From positions 1,426,001 through 1,490,000 of the forward strand of contig NC_089430.1 of the NCBI RefSeq assembly GCF_026210795.1: a stretch of 64,000 bases of DNA. Direction: 5' to 3'. Every line of letters begins with the position of its first letter. Position 1 is the first letter of the stretch. This DNA comes from Rhizophagus irregularis. Taxonomy: Eukaryota. The translations under genes and the position numbers were made by a program. Positions 38,001 through 49,392 of this stretch are shown here, one piece after another. The notes beneath the pieces were generated by a model, which saw only the letters and a list, made by a program, of their open reading frames with translations, did no database searches and was not told the DNA's origin.

Positions 38001-41000
38001 TAATTACCTGTATTTGCTATTTAATAGGTTTACTTTGGAATCAGCGAGATAATTGTTATGTTGGCTATTTAGATTTTGAAGATGAAAAAGAAGAATTACA
38101 ATCTTTTATAATGCAATGTGAAAAAGAATTGCAAACAGAATTGCAGGTGGAAAATAACTCACCTAATTCAAATTATGATCGAGGAATATCAACCCAGGTG
38201 CATCAAATTGTTTGGCATTCAGCTACTTGTAAATTTGCATATCCTATAGCATATTATGGTATTAATATTCTTACTGCACATGAAATCAATAAAATACTAT
38301 TTCAACTTGCAGCTAATCTTGAATGTATTGGCATTCATACAATTGGATCCATTTGTGATGGTGCTGGTGAAAATAGGAATCACATTAAAAGTTTTGACTG
38401 GTGGGCTTCTACCTGGTCTTTAAATGATATTGTTGAAGTTTATATTGCACAAAACAACAATTATGAGAAAGCAAAAATCATAGCAACAAACCTTGATCGT
38501 AGCAAATTTACAGTACGTTTATTAGATCCATCTTTTTCTAATAATATTCAAGCAGATCGTAATTTAATAAGACCACCCATGCCTACTAAACAAAATTGGA
38601 ATATTAATGATTCCTGTGAATTCAAAAACCCAAAGGATAATAAATGGCATACAGCTGTTGTTACAAATCTTGATTCTAAAACACAAACTTTGGTTATTAC
38701 AATTTTGTCTAATAATGAAGAATGGAGAATAGAAAATGCATCCCAAGATACATATGTTAGACCTCTTTATAATGCTCAAATACACTGGACAAATTATAAA
38801 ACAATTAATCCAATTACCAATTCACCATGGTATTTTATTAGTGATCCCACGCATGTTTTTAAAAAACTTCGAAACAATCTTTCAAAAAGTCATGTTGGAG
38901 AAGGCAGAGGACGAAATATTAGAGAAATTATGCTAGATGGAAAAGAAGTTAGTTGGCGTCATATTCAAGGTGTTTATGAATATACTTGTAAAAATGTAAC
39001 AGCAAAGATTACAAGACTTACTAAGCGTCATGTTTGGCTGACATCATGGAGTAAAATGAGAGTTGATCTTGCTGAACAAACTTTGTCAAGAGATGTTGAA
39101 AGTGCAATGGAAATGATTGATGAATTAAAGGAAATATCTTCTGGAACATGAGTAAATAATTAATAAATATATATTATTATGTAAAAAATTATAAATATTA
39201 ACAATTAAATTTTTTTATTAAGGAATTTATAAGAAACTCATACCTTTACCGGCAAATCTTTCATAGCAAAAAACCTTTAGAAAATCTTGCTGATTCACGT
39301 TTACGAACTTTAAAAGAAATTTATGATTGGTTTGTAATTAAAGATAGCCAAAAAATCAGTCCATTAAACTGGATTTCACCGCAATGCCAGTTTGATTTGC
39401 TTTTATCCATTCAAGGTTTTCTTGGAATGGTAAATGATATTTTTACTTTATACCCAAATGTAACTATTGAACCTTGTAGAGTATCTCAAGATATGTTAGA
39501 AGGCTTATTTGGTACAATTCGACAACTTGGAGGTGATTCTTCTACCCAGACACTAAAAGGATATGGCCATGCATTAAATAAATTTCAGATTACTGCTAAA
39601 GTAACTGCTGAAGTAAAAAGTCTAAATTATGGAACATCAAGTCATACTGGAATGGAATTTGATTATCTTTCTCGATGGTAAGTAATTATTATATTGGTTA
39701 ATTTTTTTCGTGTCTGAAAATAATTTGTTTATTTTTTTAAAAAAAAATTTAGTGATTATAGAAGAAAATCATCAAAAGATAAAAATGTATATCCTATCTT
39801 ATTAACCCATACTGAATTATCTAAGATGTCTTCTTTTATGCAACGAGTGTTTAAAAGTCTTCTCTTAGACGACCTGTTTATGGGAAGAATCAACATTCCA
39901 ACATTATCTTTTCGTACTGAAGCTGATCAACAAATTCAACAAATTCTTCTTCTTCAAATTGAACGTCAGCAGCTCTTTAATTCATTACTTTATAATAATG
40001 AAATTATTTTATTACTAGAAAAATGGAAAAAAGATATTAAAAATATTGCCCTAAAATCAATACCTAAAAGAAAAGGAAATCTTTGGATGACCACATGGAT
40101 TTCTCACCTGGAAGCTAATTTGAATAACTATATTTGTTCAGGAGTTTGGTTTCAGCAATTCCAAGAGGTTATAGTTTCTCAAAGTTCACTTTCTACACAA
40201 CGATTAGTTGCTTATTTTCTTATTCAAAAATTGTTAGAAGAAACATATAAGAGTGAGTTTAATGAAAATAAAAACATACAAGAGCAAGCAGATCCCACTT
40301 TAATTCCCAAAGTCATTATTACCTTAAATCGTGCTGAAGCTTCCAAATTTTCTTATATTGTTGGTTGGATACTCTTCAAGTTACTTAAAAGAGACCATTT
40401 GATGAATTCACATCCCAAATTTTCAGTTATGCGAATTTTACTTGGAGCTCTTTGCATTGAAAAGGTTGAATATACGATAGAAACAAAATTACAAACTACC
40501 AATGTTATACCCGGATCTGAATTTCTTAAGTTCATGTATCACCTAGAATCTCTGGTAATTGAATTGTTTGAAAAACATAGTGTGCTAGGGCCAAATATTT
40601 TATGTTATGTGAAAAACAGCCTTCTTATCAATTTACATTTAAACCAGATGTTTATTGAGGTTTTAAAATCTTCAAATGAGAAAACAAATGTTGAATTGGA
40701 AAATGAGGAAATGAAATTCATTTATGAAAGATGTGTCTCAATCTATATGAAGAGTCGTCAAAAAACATGGAGAGATGTTAATAATTATATTCCAGAAAAA
40801 GGTACAGCAAGCTTACGAGAAAATCTAAAGGTGATGCGCTCTAGTAACTCTACAGTAACTTCCGAAAACAAAAAATCTACCATTATAAAAAAGGCATATT
40901 TGCCGTCTGATCCTGCTAATGCTTTGGAACAACTTCGTGCATGGGCACAACTTGAAGAAGCAGAAGAGTCATTTGCGAAAGTCTTTTTGGTGCAAGAGTT

Positions 41001-41518
41001 ATTATGGTTAGTTTGGGCGTTTGGAATATCAACACAATATAAAAGAAAACAAAAATTGGTACCTATAATTGTCACTAGTTTAAAAAATAGGACACCTTTT
41101 ATTGAGGAAGCGCTTAGAAAAAATACTATTTTTATGGAATAAAAGTATTAAACTGATTAAAAAAGTATTCTATTATTGAGATCATTTGAATAAATTCGTA
41201 ATAACTAAACTTAAAATTGCAATAAAATTAATAAAATGTAAAATATAAACCTTCTTTGTCGAAATAGTAATTTTTTAAGCTATGCCAGAAAGCCAATAAT
41301 GCACCAACAGCCGTGAAATTTTGACAATGCGTAACCCCCACCTAGGGTAATTGACTGTCGAACATCGGCTTTTAAAAACGTTATGTGTCAAAAGTTTTGG
41401 GCTTGAGATGTTTCTCAGATATATTAAATTAATATGTGATCGGCAAAAATTCAGGTGACAGTTTTGTAAATACGAAATCATATTGTGTAACCACCAGTTG
41501 GACCCCCCACACCCCTAG
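35073..41518 (+). mobile_element. Complete P-element-superfamily DNA transposon (6446 bp)
   Basis: 50-bp perfect TIR CTAGGGGTGTGGGGGGTCCAACTGGTGGTTACACAATATGATTTCGTATT, extending to 62 bp with 2 mismatches. Exact 7-bp TSD TTATTGA (35066-35072, 41519-41525). Encodes a P/THAP9-like transposase. Confidence 0.93.
35347..41142 (+). pseudogene. P-element-like transposase, about 1,480 aa reconstructed. Segments: 35347-35358, 35428-~35692, 36562-36996, 37054-37346, 37419-37642, 37712-37953, 38028-39151, 39223-39677, 39753-41142. One in-frame TGA at 39149
   Basis: P/THAP9 hallmarks: AYEAMK..MRLPSISTL, FSHDSFKIQKGL..YVGYLD (D1), SICDGAGENR (D2), ISDPTHVFKKLRNNL, SKMRVDLAEQTLS, SQDMLEGLFGTIRQLGG (E), SYIVGWILFKL. 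All splice phases from 36562 onward are consistent; the join at 35692/36562 is inferred. Confidence 0.85.
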
Positions 41519-42786
41519 TTATTGATATTATTACTTGTATCACGTGATAATTTATTACGCGACTTCGAAGAAATCATTTGCTATTGCATAACGATATATC
41601 TTTTATCGATTAACAAATAACAAGAATATATTTACAAAATTTTCAATGACATTGTATTATAATTGCTTAAGAATCAAGATATACTAAAGATCAAGAGTAA
41701 AAATCGAGAATATAATATGACAAATATAGATTAGGAAAACAATACACACCAAAAATCAAGAAAATATGTATATCAGATATACTCCAAAGATCAAAAACAC
41801 AATGCACTAAAGATCAAGATCATTTTACATCCAAAGATCAAGAAAGAAATATATCCAAGATCAAATACAGGGACGAAAATAGCCAAAGATAAATGAATAT
41901 TAAAAGTAAGAAGCGTTCACACATGTCAATTAGCAAAACACATTAACAATAAATTAAATGCAGGTTCAAGGGAGTATCATTCCTATATACAGTAAAAAAC
42001 ATCAACATTTTAACGTTCTTTACAAAAAAAATTATCCTTCCTCTTCACCATACTTACTGAAGTGGGCTTTTATTTCCAATGATTTTGGTTGTTTTTCCCT
42101 TAAAAAAAAAACAGAAATAATAGAACTTTTCTATCATTCTTTACAAAAACCCTCCCTCACCTTACCGAAATGGACCTTTATTTCCGAAGGTACAAAAGAC
42201 AAGAACATTAGAAACGTTTATAACGTTCTATACAAAAAAAAACTCATAAAGAAAATTTCACGTAAGTAAACCGAAATAAATCTGTGTAAAATCGGTTAAT
42301 TTTACGTGATAAGGCGATAAATTACTTTTTCTTTTAAAATTTTATTTCATATCCTTCTTCATGATTTGTCAAATATTAAACCCTAGACAATATTGTCATT
42401 ATTTGCAAGGATTTATTGTGATGGAATGAATATCTTGGAACAGATATTAAAAAAGAGTTGAAAAAGATATTATTGAATAGATTAAAACCGGTAAAATTAT
42501 TTATAAAGAGAAGATGAAGCAGAAATTATTGCGAAAGGTTTTGTTGACATATAGGGATAGAAAATTTTATGATAGTATATTATAAATGTTTAAATACCGT
42601 AATATTTATCCGTTGATATTCTAAATTTTTAAAAAAAAGATTGTGATATGTTTATTTTATGTAATATTAAAATGAAAGGAAAATCCCTGAATAGTATGCA
42701 ATTTGTGATCAACGTCCTTTATAAATATTTCCGATACTCGTCGCTAATTAATAATCACATAATCTAATTAATCTGAGAGTTTGTAC

Positions 42787-43561
42787 GGGAGCCGTTCAAA
42801 ATCTCGACAATCAGAATCCCGCTACAACACAAACCCGACGCTCACAATCCAGAGACAAATCATAATCCCAAAACTTCAGAATTCCGTAACCACATTATTC
42901 CCGACATTTCATTATCCCGACATTCATTATCCCGAAACTATCCTCCTAGCAATTGAAATATAATGACATAATATAGAAATTCTAAAAAAATGATTTATTA
43001 AAATCTTTAATCAGTATATTAAAAAAAATATGACGCAATAATTTAATTTTTATTGAATTTAAAAGCAAGATCTTTTTTTTTAAAAAAAATTAATCAAAAT
43101 AAATAAAATTTACAAAAAATTTATAATTTGCATTTTTACAATAAATCATTAATATTTGCGAAGTGATTCTTAATTTTTGCGATGTATTATTAAATTCATT
43201 AAAATATTAATAAAAAAAAACAATAAAACATTAATATTTGCGCAGTGATTTTGCAAATCATATTTGCGAAGTGGTTTAAAAAATCATTACAGGTTACTTA
43301 ATTTTGCGATGTATGATATTAATTTTCACAACAGAAATTAATTTTGCGACATTTTAAAAATTATTACATATTTATTACAAAATATTACAATAATATTACG
43401 TCTATAAAACAAGTAATAAAAAAAATAGCGCATCAGGATAGTAAGTGTCGGGATAATGAATGTCGGGATAATGAATGTCGGGATAATGAATGTCGGGATA
43501 ATGTGGTTATGGGATTCTGAAGTTTCGAGATTATGATTTGTCGGGATTTCATAGTAAATCC
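42787..43561. mobile_element. Mutator-like (MULE) non-autonomous element (775 bp)
   Basis: Inverted arms built of 15-bp repeats CATTATCCCGACATT / AATGTCGGGATAATG. Termini GG...CC. 9-bp TSD AGTTTGTAC/AGTTTGTAT (8/9 match). Confidence 0.8.
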
Positions 43562-44646
43562 AGTTTGTATAACCTTCATCTTATTATAAAAATGATAATC
43601 ACATGCGTTTATTACTCATTATTATCATCTCGCAGAAGTTTACCATCTTTTTTATTTGCACAATAAATTTTCCAATTTCTCTGGAATTATCATCTTGAAT
43701 ATTACTAAATTCTTACAATTTTACATTCATTTTAGAAAAAATATTCGTTTCGACTATTGAATTTTCGTTTAGTGACGTCATTATTTATAAGAGATGTACT
43801 GCCGATCAATGCCACAAAATCCAAAAAAATTATTCTATGGTCACAAAACACAAAAAGAGAAAAAGATGACTGAAATTGCAGTGTATTAATTATTAATTAT
43901 ATTAAATATCCTCCGGACAATTGATTTACAGTCCATGGTAGTACACTCATCACCAAGGCCATTTCTTCACCTTATTAAAAATTTTATATCATTTATTGTA
44001 TCTCATATGCGATTTACAGTATCATTTGTTCATTTATCATTTGGTATTCGACACATGATGACGTGATTTTGACATATTTAATCTTAATTTTAATATGGTA
44101 ATTGCATTATTTTGGGTTTAAACAGTCCAAACAGTGTATGGCTGAAAATTTATTTGTTTTTAAAATTAAATAAGAATGATCATGAATTTGTTTCATACGT
44201 GCGTTAAATATGATGTTAATATTTGTTTTATTAAAATGAAAAAAAAATAATTTTCAATTAGATTATGATGTATTAACCTATTGTATATGATGTATATATT
44301 ATTCAAAATCTTATAATAATAGGCAACGAAAATATTTGCTATGATGTAATATTTGCTATGATGTAAATTATTTGTATTTTATTTTTGTGAGCCGGTTAAA
44401 AGACAAAGCCACTGTCGCATAATAAATATACGTTATATGAGTTATGCAAGTGCACGTGTCAATAATAAGACGTGAAGGACGTGACATTTAGGCTTCGGTT
44501 TTTTGTTGGTCTTCATGACCTAGACCCCAAATTTACATATAAGTACCCCTAGCGCCCACTTTCACAGCGATTAAAAATATTTTCGTTTTACCTGCAAATA
44601 ATATTATTGTAATCCTGAAAATAATTTTTAACTGCTTTAAACCATT

Positions 44647-45021
44647 ATGGGTGAAGATTTAAAACAGACACAATTCAATCTCGAGCAAAAAATTCCAGAA
44701 ATAGAAATGGAAGTGGATCAAATTTTATATCCTGATTTAAATCATAGAGATATTGGAAAGCAGGGGGGATATGGACCCTGTCCTGATCCCTCTGAAGAAA
44801 AAGAAGGAGCAAAGCAAGTTCTTGGAACAGTAACTACTGGTATAACTGCAACAAATCCAGCGGTTGGTATTGCAGCTTCAGCTGGTTTGGGAGCTACTGG
44901 AGTGGTAACAGAGGGCATTGGTAAATTAACTGGTAATCAAGATATAAAGGATGTGGGTGAAGTATGGAAAGAAGCACCGGTACAACCAATCAAGGAAGTA
45001 AAGAAAACATTAGATAAGTAA
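44647..45021 (+). CDS. Small intronless hypothetical protein (124 aa) with a Gly/Ala/Thr-rich glycine-zipper-like segment
   Basis: Clean ATG-TAA ORF with higher GC than its flanks. TATA-like CATATAAG about 110 bp upstream. Segment GIAASAGLGATGVVTEGIG. Confidence 0.7.
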   Translation: MGEDLKQTQFNLEQKIPEIEMEVDQILYPDLNHRDIGKQGGYGPCPDPSEEKEGAKQVLGTVTTGITATNPAVGIAASAGLGATGVVTEGIGKLTGNQDIKDVGEVWKEAPVQPIKEVKKTLDK

Positions 45022-45730
45022 ATATGTAGTTAACAATTTCAATATGAATAGCTTTTAAAATTGCGCGCGATTTTTATTAAGAATATTTGATGGATAGTAT
45101 CTTTTTTTTTTTGTATTTCTATTTTTGAAAACTTTAGGAAAGTGGGAAATTTTATAATTTTGATATCATTTGATAGTTTATTTTTCTTTTTTTACGTAAT
45201 AAATAAAGATTTATTACTATTTATATTGTACTCTTTTTATTATAAAAATTCCAATGTTCACATTCAAATTGTATTCATATAATTTTATTAAGTAGTTCTA
45301 CAAGAGTCAAATATATTTAAACTTTACTTGGTAACTCTTCTCTGAGTGTACGGATTTTGCTATAATTGGTCAAAATTTTTAGCGTGATCGACCAATGATT
45401 GCTTGGCCACAATGTAAAATTTGCTCGATCTTTCAATTCATATTTATTATTTTCAATTAACTATAAAACTAAATTAGCTTCGTACTTTAACCATTAAATT
45501 TTTCATGTGTTTCGCATTTATTATACTAATATACTAGGCTATACAAATACACTGAAATTATTCAGAACATATAGTATTTTGTTGCTTATTAAATTTATAC
45601 TTAATCACATTTTAATTTAACTTATAATTCAAATAATTTATTTAAAAAAACAATGATATCTTTTAAAATATTCAATAGTTATCACAGCAATAAATATGTA
45701 AAAAAAATGATGAAAAGAAAAAAAAAATAT

Positions 45731-46802
45731 TTAATTTTCTTTTTTAATACAGATACCATAAGGACGCAAATCATCGTTTTTTGGTGAAATCCAAAATTCA
45801 CCGCTCCCAGTTTCTTCTTTTGAAACTTCAACTAAGCTGTTCGGATTTACTCTATTCTGAAACACGACTTTATAGTTATCCCCATCATGAGTGAATCTAG
45901 TAGCAAATTGGTACGCAATATCAATATCTGGAGTAGAATAAATTCCATTTCCAAATAAGAATCGTTTACACTTCGCCAAGTCATACCCTACTTGAGAAAT
46001 TAATTTGCAGTTATCTCTAGCAGTTCCATGATAAGAAACTATTAAAATAGATGGTATTATATTAATAAATAATAAACAAATATAAATAAGTAAAACATTT
46101 GTATATCAAAAAAAGATGATAAATACCTGGCCATTCATTTGTTGCAGAGCTTGTTGAAGATTTTCTATCAACTCCAAGCCAAATGTTATCACCATATTTA
46201 TTAAGAACATTGATAGCAATTCTTTTCCAACCACAAGGTCGCTTGTATTCAACATTTCCTCGCATAAAAGTTTTACCTTTATCATCTATTTGTGTAAAAT
46301 CATAATCGTAACTTGGGGCAAGTGAATCCGGATGAATGAATAAAACAGTAGAAGGGGAAGGATAACTACCATGAGTACCATCGCCACCACTACTATCTCC
46401 ACCACCACCTAATCTAACTACTAATTGTATTGTAGAATGAGATCCTATTTTGTAACTTGCTAAAGTAAGATTATCTTCAAGTTGTTTACCTGCAAATATT
46501 AATCTTTGTTGATTTGGTTCTATACCTAATTCTCCTTTAATGTTTTCTTTTAATTGGCGAATTTCATCACTTGGCCAAACTTCTACTCCTATATTTCTAC
46601 CGTTAATTCCCATAATGAATATGCGAATTCGTTCTTCTTCATTAGATGTTGGCACTCTGCCACCAACTAAATGAGATTGATGAAGAGCTTTTTGATCCAA
46701 TTGAGAACATCCATCATGTCCTCCTTTTGAATAATCATCATAAGTAATAACCGAACGATTCGTTATGGCACTTAATGCTGCGGCTAAAAGTGAATTTGAC
46801 AT
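45731..46802 (-). CDS. Ubiquitin-like domain plus PARP-like (NEURL4/Gig2-type) ADP-ribosyltransferase domain; 2 exons (46802-46127, 46038-45731), 327 aa
   Basis: Ubl: [59 protein letters not shown] (across the intron), [30 protein letters not shown]. Confidence 0.88.
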
Positions 46803-49179
46803 TTTCGCTTTTCATGAAAATAAGTATTAAAAAAGATTATTTTATTTCATATATTATTTATTTACTTATTTTTTTAAAAGAAAACGCACTGCTTAAATAT
46901 TTACATTTTGATATTTTTTTAGAAAAAACTTTTGTTTATTTCAAATATGTTGATATAATGATATAAAGAGCTTAAGATCTTCAATAGGTCACTGTATATT
47001 ATATGCATTTATGCCCGAAATTATCCATACATCCCTCCTCTAAGAGGCTATGTAAGTGGATAATGTTACCGAATATATCGGTAAATAAGAGTCGTATCTT
47101 AATATGACTCAACATATTTACTTCTATCGATAAGTTGGCGGAAGGTATATTAATATCTATTTCTCCATCTCTTTTTCTGACATCAAAGGGCGAAATCTAA
47201 TCTATCGATATCCTATTGATATCTGATTATTAATGTTTCATCGTAATATATCAATGTAATTACAATAGTGATAGTTTTTATTGTAAGCCACTTTTTAATA
47301 GAACACAAATGACAAATTTAAATAGTTTAATAATTACTATTGAGCTAATTTTCCTTAATAAAAATTGTATACATATAGATAATACAAATACAGAAAATAA
47401 ATAATATAAATAATATAAACAAAAATAAAAATAAATATCATAATAATACTACATATGTAAATATGATCGAATATAATCAATATCATCTATTAAGTTAATC
47501 TGTGTACACAAATCAGCGGTTGTATATCGACGTAAATCGTCATGTAACGTTAGGAATCGACGTGTACATAATGTACGTAAATCATGTGCGCAATATTTCG
47601 CGTAACAATAATAATATGAAATTCAACATCCCAATGTTTAACTTATTCAGAAAAATTTCATACACATACGTTCAATTATTGTTAGAATTCGAATTCTTTA
47701 ATGAATAATTATTTAGTTTATTTCATGTATTGAATATTCATTCACTGACGTTATTGGTTAAGTCTAACCTGATAATCAAATAGCACCCATCTACCCGATA
47801 GACTAAGATCTAACCCTATACGTTAGATCCTTTGTCGATCTGGTGGATGGGACCCATTGTCGACTCTTTTTAGAGGCAGATCTGTCGATTAATGACACTA
47901 AACTTCGAATATCTGGATCTCGAAAAAAAAATTATCCATAGACGACTGAAATTATATTATTGAGAATGTGTTATAAATTTTTAAATACATGAAATATTTA
48001 TGTAATAATTGTCTATCATATCTAATCGTCATCCAGAATTTACTGTTCACGGAAATCACAGAAAATATTTTTAACCAATCACTTTAAATTTTTAACATTA
48101 AACATATAAAAAGACACTACAAACTTATTTATTTGTACTTTACTTGTTATTTATTGGATAGGAAAGTAGTTATAACATTTAACTAATTACATGTATCTTA
48201 ATTATTGGAGGAAACGTCCACTATGTGACACATTTTCATCCAATAATTGAGACACAAGTGATTTATTGACTGATATAGCTCCTATCTAATAAATATCTAA
48301 TAAATATATTATTGTTCTGCTCATGTTAACTGATGAAATAAACTTACTTTTATCTAGCTTTTATAGATAGGGTATATAGTAAAATCAGTATAGTACGATT
48401 TATCAAATTTAGTAAGTACATAGATGGGGGAGTAGCTATTTCGGTCACAGAACCGAATGATTGGAATGAAACCCGATATAGCGATATAGCCCCAAAGTGT
48501 GATTCTGGCGTAGCATCATAAATAAGCTTCATATTTAACTATCTATAAATTTCATTTTATGCTATTTTTAACAAATTTTTATTTACACCATTTTTTACTC
48601 CACCTCATTTTATCAATTACCATTTATTATTGTTATGTCTAATAAAAATATTGGTCTATGAAAATCTGCATAATCCTATTGGGCTGAACGATAAAAAGAT
48701 AATATAACGCGGGAAAAATTCTTACTGTAGCTTATACTTATTAATAATTCGATTCGAAGTAAGAAATGAGCGAGATAATGAATATTGAGTGAGATCCTGT
48801 AAGTAAAGTAGACAAAAATTAAGCATTTAATTTAATAAATTAATTTCCTTTAATGTTTCTTAATGAGAAGTTATAAAGAAATATTATGAAATCAAGTTTT
48901 CATGCCTATACGTTCAAATATTGTTAGAATTCTTTAATTGAATAGCTATTCAGAAAATGTTTGTCTCACGTATTGATTAGTCTAACCTGTTAATCAGATC
49001 ATTTACACCTTTTTAGAGTTAGACCTGCAATCAATTTCACAAAATTTGAATCTCGAAAAATAAGTATCTTATAAACAACTGAATTAGAAAAATTGTCAAT
49101 TTTTTTTTATTTATCGCTGTTTTCGAATCAGGTGCGTGATGATCAACAAATAAAAGTTCACACACTTATAAGATACAAG

Positions 49180-49392
49180 TAGTGCTTCGATCCGGATTGA
49201 TCCGTTGATTAGCATCACAACATTTTTCTATTATTTTTGTCAAACTATAATTTTTGTCAGATTTAAAAAATTATTCTTCTACAAATTTTATTAATTTTGG
49301 CCAAACTTATAGCTCCAACTCAAATAAACCGTTTCCAAACTGTAGTAAACCGCGGATTGATCCGTTAAAATCCCATCCGGATCGAAGCACTA
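49180..49392. mobile_element. hAT-type MITE (213 bp), same TIR family as 5767-6832
   Basis: Perfect 18-bp TIR TAGTGCTTCGATCCGGAT. The left flank GATACAAG recurs 7 bp beyond the right TIR (49400-49407). Confidence 0.85.

Noticed and set aside
41670..41870. AAGATCAAG-rich tract (similar tract at 18808-18870)
   Set aside because: Low-complexity degenerate repeat without structure.
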